DNA from: Podarcis pityusensis | Lineage: Eukaryota | DNA: 64,000 bases | Direction: 5' to 3' (one strand) | Assembly (NCBI GenBank): GCA_964106645.2 | Contig: OZ078259.1 | Shown: positions 50,473 to 63,300 of the stretch, piece by piece | Numbering within the stretch: position 1 is the stretch's first letter | Layout of the letters: the number at the start of each line of letters is the position of its first letter | Program-made: the position numbers and the translations under genes | The notes under the pieces: generated by a model | What the model was told of the DNA's origin: nothing | Seen by the model: only the letters and a program-made list of their open reading frames with translations | Databases searched by the model: none

Positions 50473-51162
50473 ATCTCAAAATAGGTCTTTTTAAAGTAAA
50501 TTTTGGTTCATATTTTGAACAGAGAACTCCATTGCAACATCCAGTTCAAGTCAATTTGTATCAGGGTTTGCAAGGATGAAATTCTTCAAGCTTCCTTCTA
50601 ATTCATGAATGTGTATTAATGAATGCTCATCTCTTGGTTTTATTATTCAACATATCATGGCCCAGGATTTTGAGAGGTCTTATTCAGGAAGAAACATAGT
50701 ATTTCTAAAACCAAGTCTGAATAAAAATAAAGCAAACAAAAGTTCAGCCTGTATAGTGTTTCAACTAAGGGTGAATCTTCATTTGTTTATTTATTAATTT
50801 CTAATATTTCATAACTGCTGATCAAGATAAGGTCGCAAAGTATATTGCAATATTATAATCAGACAATTATAAAAATAAGTAATACAGTTGCAAACAAAAA
50901 CAGAACAGTATAGAGGTGCTCCCCACAAAAATAATTCCTTAATCATCAAAGGCCCAGGTAAAGGGAAAGGGAATTCTGTAGGCTTAATGAAATCCACAGG
51001 CCCCACACAAGGACTTCCAATTTTAGCCAAATGATACCTTATAAATAGCTGTAGCTAAAAGGAACAATAATAAAAAACACAGAGCTTAGCTCTACTCTAG
51101 TCACTTGTCCACTATGAGCACTGAGCTTTGATTGTTTTTTCTCTGTAAAACTATCCAGTCTA

Positions 51163-51207
<45 letters not shown>

Positions 51208-51522
51208 TTTTTATTTATACCCCGTCCTCCCCAGCCAAGGCCGGGCTCAGGGCGGCTAACAAGCAATAATAAAAACAAGTTGAATGATTACAACTTAAAA
51301 ACAAAATTAAAATACAACATTAAAATATTGAAACACTAAAATATTAAAATGTAGCCTCATTGCAGGAGGAGAAGGAAAAGAAAAAAGAAAGAGAGGGAGG
51401 GAGGGAATCAAATTGGCTCCAAGCCAAAGGCCAGGCAGAACAACTCTGTCTTACAGGCCCTGCGGAAAGAAATGAGATCCTGCAGGGCCCTGGTCTCATG
51501 AGGCAGAGCGTTCCACCAGGCC
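51163..51522 (-). mobile_element. L2-clade LINE 3' end with (ATT)n tail, relatively young
   Basis: (TAA)n followed by ttttttatttataccccg..., and a cctggtggaacgctctgcc (WNALP) ORF2-end motif on the minus strand. Confidence 0.8.
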
Positions 51523-51527
51523 TAGAG

Positions 51528-51722
51528 TAGAGTTGCCATATGTCCAGATTTCTCTGAACATGTATGGGATTCCAGTGATGGAATAAATGTCGGGGGTGTG
51601 TGTGATTTCAGAATATCAACAAAAAGTCTGGGGTTGGCTCAACAACTTTCCTTAAAAAAAAGCTCAACAACTCAACAACTTTTTGTGTCCGGATGTTTAC
51701 TTCTTGAAATATGGCAACCCTA
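51528..51722. mobile_element. hAT (Blackjack-like) MITE
   Basis: TAGAGTTGCCATA ... TATGGCAACCCTA TIRs. Confidence 0.7.
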
Positions 51723-51818
51723 GCGAGTTGTCTCAAACGCAGTGTATTCCCCCTTCAAATATAAATCTTGGTGTATAACATATGTGCCTTATATAGATAT
51801 TTAAAATCCTACAAATTT

Positions 51819-51866
51819 TGTGTGTGTGTGTGTGTGTGTGCGCGCACACACACACACACACACACA
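51819..51866. repeat. (TG)n(CG)n(CA)n palindromic microsatellite
   Basis: Directly visible. Confidence 0.95.
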
Positions 51867-52954
51867 TAATTTTAATTAATTATTTTTATTAATATTATTT
51901 TTTATTATAACAGCCAATATTGAAGCTGGATGCTGGAAGAGTCAAGAGGCAGACAAAAGTAAGGTGGTCCCCTGCCCCTCATGCTCTTATCCTGCTCTAT
52001 TAGAATATTCAAATCAGTTGTTTATCTTAACTTTATTTCTGGAAACAATGTTCCTACCTCATGAAAAACCCAGAATGTCTTTGGAGGAATGCAAAGAAAA
52101 TTTATTGAGGATTGGCAACCTATATGTTGTTCTCTGTTGTCCCCTTTCCCCCCTTTTTTTGTCACAGTAGAACTCCCAACCCCCCACCCCACCCACAGAG
52201 TATAAATGAATAGCACAGCCTAAGTCCTATATCCATTTGGCTCCTGTATAAAGGGTTTCATTTAGTGGGCTGAAATCAAATGTTGAGCTGATTGGAACAT
52301 TTATTACAATAATAGTTCATAATTAAGGAGCCACTCGTATTTATAAAAAGAAACATTCAGTAATTTGAATGCACAACTCATTTTTTCCCCTTTATGAATA
52401 TGGAACTAATGTTTTAGAGGATGCTTACCTTTCAATTTTTTTCCTCCCTCCCAAGCCATACAAAATTAAAATAAAAGCCAACGACCAAACTTAAAAAATG
52501 CTGCAGTAGGCCCAGATGTGGGTAATGTTCATTCTACTCAGTGTGGGGAGGGGGGAAGAGTGTATTGGCACGTCAACTGCAAGCAGAAGCTGGGATATTA
52601 GATGGCCTTTTTCACATGATTAGACAAATTCATTGGATGGATTGGTCTGTCATCAGCTGTTAATCACGATAGCAAAGAATGATATGCCTCTCAGTATTTG
52701 ATGCTGAGCTCTGTGAAACCCTATTCAAGCATTCATATTCTGGATTAAATTAATATGCAAGAGGGGAGAGTGGAAATTAGGGCACCCGATCTTCCCCACC
52801 CCCATATGAACATCTCTTCCTACAGGTTGGAGGGCAACCATCTGGAGCGGGGTGCCTGTGTGAGTTGGAGTTCTACATCCTAGAGAGAGCCTATGTGAGT
52901 GGAAAAGGCTCCTTGCTGTTTGCAGATGAACACCTTTGCTGTCCATGAACATCA

Positions 52955-53102
52955 GCTAGCGTAGGGACTACAGCAGTAAATGAGACTCTTAATCTCAGGG
53001 TTGTAGGTTCAACCCCACATTGGGCAAAATATTCCTGCACTGCAGGGGGTTGGAGTAGATGATCCTCGTGGTCCCTTCCAACTCTACAATTCTATGACTC
53101 TA
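52955..53102 (+). mobile_element. tRNA-Lys(CTT)-derived SINE with CR1-type tail
   Basis: GAGACTCTTAATCTCAGGGTTGTAGGTTCAACCCCACATTGGGC matches the tRNA-Lys anticodon and T arms. Tail identical in type to 8795-9089. Confidence 0.8.
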
Positions 53103-53202
53103 TAAACCAGTGGGAGTGACCTTTCCGACTGATGGACAATTTCAAAATTGGTGAGGGTCTTCATGGCCATTTGATGGTTTTTCTGCCTGTTTTAGTGATG
53201 GG

Positions 53203-53325
53203 GTGCTCGGTCCTGGCTCTTGCCAACCTACCAGTTCGAAAGCATGTCAAAGTGCAAGTAGATAAATAGGAACCACTCTGGGGGGAAGGTAAACAGCATT
53301 TCCATGTGCTGCTCTGGTTCGCCAA
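53203..53325 (+). mobile_element. Sauria SINE internal fragment
   Basis: Matches 28285-28408 (aaagtgcaagtagataaatagg...). Confidence 0.85.
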
Positions 53326-53696
53326 ATAAGGAGAACTGACCACTACTTCTGCAATCCTTGGGAGTTTCTTCTATGTGAGTGGCACTGTTTTGGTGACATG
53401 AGCAATGACCCTCTGTGCCTGAAGATCAGAAATAAGTGAAACAATTCCTCAAAAGGAAGGAAAGCAGTTACCCCTGTAAAAATATTCATCACTTTCATAT
53501 GCATTATATAAATATGCAGAAAACATTAGCCATTTGTTATTTATCTTGAAAGGGGTGTGTGTTTTGTGATGACAACAAACTCTTAAAAAACAAAAAAAAG
53601 AAAGTAAAAGGCAGAAGCATCAATCCCTTCTGGACAACCCACACAAAAAGGGGAAATGTATTCATTGTTCTTTTGGCTCACAGCTTCTGGCATTGC

Positions 53697-54210
53697 TTTT
53701 TTTTAATTGGTATTTAATTTCATGCAACAAAACATACCCATACAAGGAAAACAGAGCTTAGTAGATTTATAGAAAAGGGAGGAAAATATAGCAGCCGATG
53801 TAGTTTTAGATATTCGAAAAAAGGCAATGAAATGAAAGTATCTCTCCATAAGGTTCCAAGAGTCGATGGACGGTGAAAACCATGCTTAATTGTCTTAACA
53901 AAATCAATAGAAGGCTACCATGTCCTATAGAAGGTATGAGTCTCCCCCCCCCCACACCCAAGATAGATATTCCTTTTGTAAAATGGTTCATCTGTCTATA
54001 AGCACGATGTCCCATACATGTGAAAGCCAGCTTTAAAAATATTTGCGTTTAAAGTTTTCCAATTTTTGCAATCACTAATATAGCTGCAGATACTTTAAAA
54101 AGAGAGAGACAGGCCGTGTCAGAATTACCTTGTCACTTTCCCAGTGACAAGTGATTCATCTTAATTTTTTCAAAGTCCATTTCAGTAGTCAGAGCAAATT
54201 TTTTAAAAAT
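53697..54210 (-). mobile_element. L1-clade LINE 3' end (ORF2 C-terminus, 3'UTR, polyA)
   Basis: Frameshifted minus-strand translation AAILVIAK(N)WKT...WLSHVWDIVLIDR resembles the L1 ORF2 C-terminus. A-rich tail at ~53697-53710. Confidence 0.65.
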
Positions 54211-54213
54211 CAC

Positions 54214-54690
54214 TGTAGCATGCCACCCCAACCTCTAAGTGGTTTGAGATTCCAGGGTTTCCAGGCACTTACCTGGCTCATATTTCCTTTTTGGAAATGT
54301 CGTACAGCGGAGACTGTTGTGTCTTTATGATATACGGTTTATTTACACATACATGCAACCTGAGCCTATTATGGAGGGGCTCACAGCACTGACACCCACA
54401 AGGCTCTTGTTTCTCCCACAGCTGCAGCCTTGGATTCAAGCAGAGATCTGGCATGGCTCTCTGCTCTACTTTGCTTCTGGCCCACTTCACTACAACTCAA
54501 CTCTAAACTCGGGATTTGTCTTTCTAACTATTTCTGGGTTGAGGAAGGGACACGACTTATTTGCCATATCACACAGAACTCACTTTCCTTTATTCTCGTA
54601 ATGGTCCATCACCCAGACAATCACCACCAGGAAGCTAGCCTGGCTTATACTTTAACACTTGCTGAATCCAGGGGTTAGAAGCATCTCACA
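54214..54690 (-). mobile_element. Solo LTR (LTR retrotransposon, Gypsy/ERV-like)
   Basis: TG...CA termini with imperfect inverted ends (TGTAGCATGC / GCATCTCACA). Minus-strand AATAAA at ~54338-54343. No clear TSD. Confidence 0.55.
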
Positions 54691-55426
54691 TACAGCCTTT
54701 CCCAAAAACTCATAACAGTGCATTTTTTTTTCTCCCAATGGGAAAAGAGAGAGTAAAACCCTGATTCAAAAAAATTCTGGATTTGAATAAATTACTCCTT
54801 TGCCTATGTTTGCTGAACATTAAATGAATTTCTCCACTGTGTATTACCAGGCAACAAAATATATCCTTAGGAAATGCAGCAATATTCTCATATTAACACT
54901 GCCACGTTAAACAAACCATTTAGTAAGAATGCTGGTCTAAATAAAAAACTCCCTGCTTGCTAATTCAATCAATCATTTTTAAATACAGTCTCATGATTCA
55001 TAAGTGGCTGTTGATACGCTAAGTCCAAGTGAAGGTTTACCTGCAAGCAATTCTCAAATTCCTATATACTTTACAGGCCATATTCAAAAGTGTTTCATGC
55101 ATTCATTGAATGAATGAAAGGGGAGCAAATCACACCACTTGGCAGAATGTGGCAGGCATATGAAGTAACAGGTGCTGAGTGGCAGGGTGCTGGGATGAGG
55201 CGTTTTGCTGTCCTACGTATGATTCCCCTTGTTCCTCCTAAGCTGCCCAGTTACCCTAAGACAAATACCATCCCATTACCAGTGTTAAAGATTCAACTGG
55301 CACTGTAATGGGCTACTGTACTCTAAAATGGGAGGACATTATCTTCAATTTTGCATTAGGCAGCAAAATGTCTTCGACTGACCAAGCTCTAAATGCATAC
55401 CTCCCAGCAGCTCCTGAATTAAGAAA

Positions 55427-55624
55427 AGGGCCACTGCTCAGTAATAGAGCATGTGCTTTGCATGCTGAAGGTCCCAGGTTAAATCCACGATATCTCCAAG
55501 TAAGACTTGGTAGAGGTTCCAGCTTCAAATCCTGAAGAGACACTGCCAACTGCTGTAGACAATATTGAGCAAGATGGACTAGTAGTCTGACTTAATAAAA
55601 GGCAGCTTTGTACATTATGTTCCT
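55427..55624 (+). mobile_element. tRNA-derived SINE (same family as 3806-3975), near full length
   Basis: gggccactgctcagtaatagagcatgtgctttgcatgc head and ...ttatgttcct tail. Confidence 0.75.
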
Positions 55625-58600
55625 CCATGGAAGTTCCAAAGCAGTGAACTTAAACATGAACAGCTGTATGTGCATAGACTTATCTGTATGATCAGGAGGC
55701 CTGCATGATTCCCAGGGGTTCCTAACCAATTGCAGGATGGAAACTGCGTACATAAAGCTCTACATGCGCAGGCCTTCCATGGAATTCACAGAGTTAAGCA
55801 GGGATGTTGACACTGTAAATGGGACCAGGAACTGTGGTCCTTCTCCACAGCCAGCTTCATGACAAGTCATATTCAAGGTACAAGGCCATGGTTTACTGTG
55901 AACAACAACAACATCAGCAGCAGCAACAGCAACAACAACTATTTTGCTTGTAATGGGCCAGGGGACTAGACAATCTTACTGTTATAGCTGCTCACAATTA
56001 ATCTATTATTAAAGGCAATAAGGTGCAGTGGATAGAGGATCACCTCCTATGTACACAGGACTGAACTTCCAAATGTAATAAATTGCAAATGTAATAAAAT
56101 CCATACATATAAGCAAGACTGCACAGTAGAATGTAAGAGCATAAGTCTAAGAAAGAAAAGTGCATTTTGACAGCCATTGAAATTTTACAGCTGCACTGAA
56201 ACTGCCCCCCCCCTTCATTTCAATGAAATACAGACATTTCCTAAATGATCTGGAGCATAATTTGCTGGATTTTGCCAAAGCTGCTATGTAGTCACATTGA
56301 CGATGTTGAGTAAAAATAGATTGACATCTACTAATGGGAATGAACTAAGAGGCTTAGAGTAAAATGAGGGCAATCAGAGTCTAATACGGTAAACAACATG
56401 CTGATGTCCTTAGATGATGATACACAGAGATGAATAAAACAGGCTGGTTCGGAATAGATACTTTTCATTTGAACACCAAAGACATTAAAGCAACAGCTAA
56501 AAATCCCAGAGAGATAATTTGATCGGTCACATTACAAATTCCATCCAACTTTGCTGCCTGATCTTTACTTACTATGTTTACTAAAAAAAATAACCTCAAC
56601 TGATTTCAGTGGGATTTTATTTTATTTTATCAAAGTTTTTATACCATTTTAATTTTATTCTTTCTTTTAAAATATTTATTTATAAATTAACAATCTACCA
56701 TAATTTTCCTATTTTACAGCAGATATATATCTGTGTGTGTATGAGTGCCCTGTTGTGTATCCTATTTTTCATAATGCTTTTTGCAAACAGCTAATATCCA
56801 CGGAAGCAAACTTTGTTTAACCATCTATACAATTGTGCTCCACTGGCAATGCCGAATGCTTTATTTACCCCAACCATTTTTTGGTAAACAGGCAATAGGG
56901 TATTACTGCATTTCCTAAATCTACATTCTTAATTTGATAATTCTAGATAAGGAACATAATTAGCTGCTTATTTAAGGTGAGCAACCATTTCACTCTGTCT
57001 TAAGGGGTGTTGATTAGTTGCCAGTTTGTGGTGGTTGATGTGAGTCTTTCAAATAATGTGTGGGATAGCCAGCCCATATAAGCCAACATGCTTAAGTTTA
57101 ATTAATGCTTGAAGGGGTTAATACCATAGAGTAAGCTGTCCTGCCAGGCTTAGCTATGCCCCGTTACCTTGGAAGGAAATAGTTAATCAGGCCTATTGTT
57201 CTCCCCCAGCTCAGTGTGTAAAGATTTGTGAGCTGGTTGCTCCAGCTCAGACTGTGGACTCAGCTATACAGCTGCAAATTTTTTTTAAAAAAAAAAATGT
57301 GTTGTAAAGTGCAAGATACAAATGTGACACTAGATGGCAACAATGAGCTATGCCAAATTCAATGTATTTTTCAACACATTTTTTAAAAAAGCATTTTCAC
57401 AGTGTTTTTTATATGTGTGTAGATTCCACCTGCATGGCTTCCACAAGCCACTCTTGAGTTCCTATTTAGGAACTTTCACCATTTTGTAACTAAGCCAAGT
57501 TTTACTGTCTGTGCAACTTTTTAAATACGTTGTATGGGAAAATACATGAATCTGACCTTTGGAGAGTTTGCAAGGACACCATTTTTAACATGGCAAATGT
57601 GTGGCCTTTTTCTGTACTAAGGAATAGAGGAACTTTGTAACTCACTTTAAAGGAAACATCTTAAGGTTTGACAGCCTATATGTTGCCATGTTAACTCTCT
57701 GCTGGGGTTCTCTCACCAAAAGTACTTGCCCCAAACTTGGATCTTGGCATCCAGGAATTCTTTTTATATATTATTTTTGCTTGAAACAACATAATTCTGG
57801 GTTAGATGGGCTATGATCCAATCCAGCAAGACACTTATTAAGCAATGGTAATGGTTAGATAAATCATCTAACATGGGTTCAAAACATGCATTTCCACTCT
57901 ATCCTGATACGCTCTCCATACTTCATTTTGATTTAAATTTCTAGCTATCACTTTTTTCAGTTTTGCTGAAACAAGCAAACTATATTTTTTGAAGATGTTC
58001 ATTAAAGAAATAGGTCTGTATCAGGTAGCAGAAAGGGTTTGGAGTTGGAAGGCATCATGGAGAGGAGAAACTCTGCCACAGCTTAATGGTGAGGTCAACT
58101 TTCAAGCTCTATCAATCATCCAGATTCAATCTTATGTAGAAAAACCCCTCCATTTCATAACTGCTTTAATTCCCCACCCCACCCCATATATATATGTGCA
58201 ACACCCACCCACCCACCCTGCAGAGCAGATTTTGGTGCTTGAGATCAAGTGAAAATTTTTATTGGGTCCTTAATGTATATATGCATAACTTCCATATGCA
58301 CTAATGAAATTCAGGTGTGTGCATCAAGGTGTGAATAGATTCTATTGTCTTTTTACGATGCAATTTATAATGAAGAACAGGATGAAGCAATAAAACTCTG
58401 AACTCTGAACTGTAAAGTGGTTTATTAATTACCCTTAACTTTTCTGCCAGGTAAGCTGTTTAATGGGTGCTCTCCTATTCCACCCCCACACAGCTACTAG
58501 AATGTCATGAAATAGGCACCACACTGTGTTACGATGAGCTTAATGTAATAATTTATTTGAGGTCCCAATTTGGGTAATGGAGAAACTTTAGCCCAGACTG

Positions 58601-59154
58601 CAGAATTCAGTTCCTTCTTTTTTGCTCTGTTGCACTTGTGATCCTCCTATCTATCCGGGGGGGGGGGGGAGGGGGGCAGGCAATTTCGGATTTCTATCTT
58701 TCAGTGTATTACAGCTTGGAATTCCAGTCCTTTGTCTCTTTATAATAATGCCTCCCTTCCCTTTTGTGAACTACATTCAGAGCAAATCAGCTCTGGATTT
58801 CCTCAAAGCTTCACATTTAGGCTGCTTCTTGCATTTACTGGGACCAGTTTTGGATTACCGAGACAGGGCAAAAGTTCAAACCCAATCCACAGGCCAGCTC
58901 TGCTCAGACAAGAGAACCAATTTGGAACTATTATGAGAAAATAACTTTCATTAAGCTTTCATCATTTTTTTGCAGAACACTGAAAAGCCATCTTGCCTAG
59001 CTAAAATGTCAACATCTAAAAGTGGCATCATCCTTTATTGTGCTGCAGAGGAAAAGGAAAGATCAAATGGAAATCAAAAGGCAACATCAGTTCCCCTTTG
59101 GACAGGCTACAAAAGCAAAAGAAGTCACCATTAAGTCAGATCATCTGTACTGAT

Positions 59155-59586
59155 GCCCCATCTGCATTATATGTTTAAAGTGGTATCATACCACTTTAAA
59201 AAGCCATGGCTTACCCCCACAAAAACTTGCAAACTGAAATTTGATAAGGGTGCTTAGAGTTGTTATGAGACACTTACTTCCCTCACAGAGCTGCTGTTAT
59301 CAGCGAGTCATTACTTCCATCAACCATGAGAACTGTAGTTTATTACGGGTGCTGAGAGTTGTTAGGAAACTTGCTCCCCTCATAGCACTACAGTTCTCAG
59401 AGTTGGTTAACAACCAATTCATCTTTCCTGGAAACTACGGATATTGTAGCTCAGTGAGGGGACTAAGGGTCTCCCAAACAACTCTCAGCACTCTTAACAA
59501 ACTACAGTTCTCAGGATCCTTGCAGGAAGTAATGACTGTTTAGAGGGGTAGGATACTGCATTAAATGCATAGTGCAGATGGGGCCC
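59155..59586. mobile_element. PIF/Harbinger-like palindromic MITE, near full length
   Basis: TIR GCCCCATCTGCA ... TGCAGATGGGGC, long inverted arms, internal partial duplication. Confidence 0.75.
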
Positions 59587-59695
59587 AGGTAGGTGGTAGG
59601 AATGCCAGCTCTTCTGGTTGTGTAACATTTTATTTTCTTGTCACTGCTAGAATAAGAGACAGTACTACTGGCTCCCTTTCAAAGATCATAAAAGA

Positions 59696-59727
59696 TGTGT
59701 GTGTGTCTGTGTGTGTGTGTGTGTGCG

Positions 59728-59761
<34 letters not shown>
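59696..59761. repeat. (TG)n(CG)n(CA)n palindromic microsatellite
   Basis: Directly visible. Confidence 0.95.
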
Positions 59762-60031
59762 TGCAGTTATCTGCATTTATAAAGGGAAAGAATTCAGTCT
59801 GCAATGAATTTTTAGAGCTTGGTCATAAACCCCCTGAAAATGGGGATAATGTGAAAAGCTAACGGATTCTTAAGTACATTAGCATGCTTTAAATATAAGA
59901 TGATTTCAGCTCCATAACGGCTACTTTTTATGCATGGAATGCCCCTCTAGGCATAATTGATGTGTTAGATATTCATGGCTGAATGAGACAAAGAGTAGGC
60001 CAATTTCCTACACATATACATACATTTCCTC

Positions 60032-60033
60032 CA

Positions 60034-60087
<54 letters not shown>

Positions 60088-60102
60088 CAGACAGACAGAC
60101 AG
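60032..60102. repeat. (CA)n(GA)n(GACA)n compound microsatellite
   Basis: Directly visible. Confidence 0.95.
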
Positions 60103-60948
60103 ATAATTTATATGGCTCATTAATGTACATCTTTCAAGTAAATCTTTTGTGGCTCTCAGGCTGCATATTTGCAGGAAAATGAACATAGCCAACAGAATGT
60201 CCAGTATTCTTTATTTACTGTCAATTGTTGACAGCTACCTTGCTGTTTGGTCATTTCAGAACCAAGGATGCTTCCAGATGTTCTTCATTCACTCAATTCT
60301 TTTACACTGTCATAAATTGAACCTGCATTTTCTCTTACCACAGCAAAATGTGTTAAGCAATAAAAATCTGATCAACATCTGCCGTCACCACCACTACTGT
60401 AGGAAGGGGTGATCTGTATTGCCACAACCCGCTGCTTTGAGTTGCTTGTCCCATGAACACAGCTGTCTTGTTTCTGGCAACCCAAAAAACCCCTGCCTAT
60501 TTCTGCATGTGGAAGTCACATAGGAATTTTTAAAACCCAGCTATCTTCTCAGGATCTCAACACATTAGAGGCTTGGAGTCTATAACTTCAATACAAACAT
60601 GCATTGGGATAATAATAGTGGTGGTACAGAGGTCCAGGCAGTAGAGGTTGTCCCATTAGAGCTATTCATTCATTCATTCATTTTGTATACCGTCCTTCAT
60701 TCATAAATCTTGGGATGGTGCCCAACCAACCTTAGTAAGCCCCCTCCTGCTTTACTTCTCCTTACTTACACCACCTGTTAGTTTCCTCATCCACAGCGTC
60801 AGTGTGGTCTTTTTAGAACTCAGCTGGGAGGAGGATGGGGATGGGTACAAAACTAGACTTACTTGGCTCTGCATCTCACTGCCTGTGGCTCTGGCTACTG
60901 TTAGCTTTCCTGCCCGTTGCAATGGGGCTCAGCCACTACTAGTTCTAG

Positions 60949-61321
60949 GTAAAGATAAAGAACCCCATGTCCTTTAAACTCCAGTCAAAGGCGACTATGG
61001 GTGCTGTGCTCATCTCCGCTTTCAGACTGAGGGAGCCAGCATTTGTCCACAGGCAGCTTTCCTATTTATGTGACCAGCATGACTAAACCACTTCCGGTGC
61101 AATGGAACACCATGATGAGTGCCAGAGCACACAGAAACGTTTACCTTCCTGCCGCAGTGGTACCTATTTATCTACTTGCACTGGTGTGCTTTCGAATTGC
61201 TAGGTGGGCAGAAGCTGGGACAGAGCAACAGAGCTCACCCTATTGCGGGGATTTGAACCGTCGGCCTTCCAATCAGCAAGCCCAAGAGGCTCAGTGGTTT
61301 AGATCACAGTGCCACCTGTTG
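60949..61321 (-). mobile_element. Sauria SINE, older subfamily
   Basis: Shares the gtacctatttatctacttgcac core. TSD agttctag (60941-60948 / 61322-61329). Confidence 0.9.
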
Positions 61322-61957
61322 AGTTCTAGAGCTCTTTATCAGAAAGTTGGTAGCTCTGAGTTGTTGTCTTCCCACCACCACCATGCACACAAAAAGAACA
61401 AGAGAAACATGGTAACTAGGGGCTGGAAATATTTCCTTTGTGAGAAAATAAAGATGAAATGTATGCTCAGAATGGGGAAAGGCAGTGAAGGGCAGGAGAG
61501 TAGTGATGGAGGGGAGGACACAGAAAACACTCCACCCAGGACTGCTAACTGGTGTGGATGGGGAATAGCCAGATACCTATGAAAAAGCTAAATCTAAAAA
61601 TAAAATAAAATCATGCCAATCATACACAGGAATCAGATCTGAATGACCTTTTTGCTACATAAAGTCTTCATCTAGAAGCACCCTAATCAAAGTGTTGCTT
61701 TGAACAAACCAGTACTTCCCCAATACTTCCAAGGTGTTATGAATGTTAAATAACATTAAAATATACTAATATATTAGTTCATGGTTCCAGCAGTGACTCA
61801 TATGTTAGCTCAACTATCAGGTGGCCCTGATTAAGGTGACCTAACTTCAAAGAAGAAATTCGGACGTGTGCTGCAGGTTCTTCCATTTGTTCCTTTGCAG
61901 ATTCATTATTAATTCTGCATTAGGTAAGCAATGGCACAAAGTGATGCCCTTTTTTTA

Positions 61958-61959
<2 letters not shown>

Positions 61960-61988
<29 letters not shown>
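61960..61988. repeat. (AAC)n microsatellite
   Basis: Directly visible. Confidence 0.9.
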
Positions 61989-63061
61989 CTAAATGCACTC
62001 TTATGGTATGAGATGAATGGTTTAAAACATTTTTTCCCTGTCTTAGTCCCTCTTTCCCCCACAATGCCATCCTTCATTTGTCTCTGTAGATAAAGATGCA
62101 CCTAACATAATTCTCACACAGGCTGTTGTTTTTGTTGTTGTTGTTGCTGCTGCTGCTGCTGCTATTGTTACCTGCTCTTCGCCGTAAGGTCCCAAGGCAG
62201 GTGTTGACAGTATAAAATGCAATATTGTTTAATACTAGTTTTAATACTGCCTGCATGTATAAATGTTTCTGTTGACTGTAAATATGACTATACATTTTTG
62301 GAAATAAATTTGGATTAAAATTCAAGGCAACCCAATGTACACGATGTCACACAGTCTGAAGCAGGGGCCAGTCTTCATGTTTTTTAGATATCCAGAACAA
62401 ACATGTACAAACATGTAACATGAGGCTTCTTCCATATAACGACCCCATTCCATACCTACAATCTCACAAAAGAAATGTTTCCATTTTAATTCTGATATTG
62501 CAAAACCACTTGGCTTTTAAACTGATGGAGCATACACCAGGCACACATTTAGTGAACAAAGGATCCTGAAAAGAAGCCCAACACACTTGAGAATTGTTTT
62601 GTCTCGGGAAAATTGAACAAGCAAGCTAACAACAAATTTAGCTGTTCCAGCAGAGAAGGCAAATGCGCACAATTCATTTCCTGGTGACCTGGCCCCTCAC
62701 TGATAATTTTAGCAGGCACAACCAGTAAGCGTTGGGGGCAAAAGGTGCACAGAGAAGCAGCTAAATAGGACATATGCTCCATCTGCTTTGAGGTTACAGA
62801 CTCATGACCAGCTTAATACGTTTCCTTGAGCAAAACGGATCACTCACATCTGTGCATAATTATATTTTGCTCTGCCCTTTTGCAACAGTAACTATAATTA
62901 TTATCTGAAAAGACCATCTCAAATTCTAAGATGTGTGTGTGTGTGTGTGTGTGTGAATAGTGTATAAGTTATTGCATTTTCCCCAAGATTTAATAATATT
63001 ATCCAAGGTTGGTATGTATGTGTGTATTGGGAAAGAGTTTTAAGATTCATGGAAAACAATA

Positions 63062-63300
63062 CAGTGGTACCTCGAGCTACAAAAGCCTCAGGTTACAAAC
63101 GCTTCAGGTTGCAAACTCCGCTAACTTGGAAGAGTTACCTCAAGTTGAGAACTTTGCCCCAGGATGAGAACAGAAATCATGTGCCGGGTGTAGCGGCAGC
63201 AAGAGGCCCCATTAGCGAAAGCACGCCTCTAGTTAAGAACAGTTTCAGGTTAAGAATGGACCTCCAGAATGAATTAAGTTCATAACTAGAAGTACCACTG
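63062..63300 (-). mobile_element. Tigger/pogo-like MITE (AACCTGA motif family)
   Basis: TA|CAGTGGTACCTC ... AAGTACCACTG|TG. Homologous to 5645-5869 and 25429-25667. Confidence 0.9.

Noticed and set aside
52955-53025. Possible functional tRNA-Lys gene
   Set aside because: The 5' half (acceptor and D arm) is disrupted and it is fused to a CR1 tail, so it is a SINE head.
61043-61582. 179-aa ORF, the longest in the track
   Set aside because: Runs antisense through a Sauria SINE into low-complexity flank. The same peptide pattern appears at 48919-49110.
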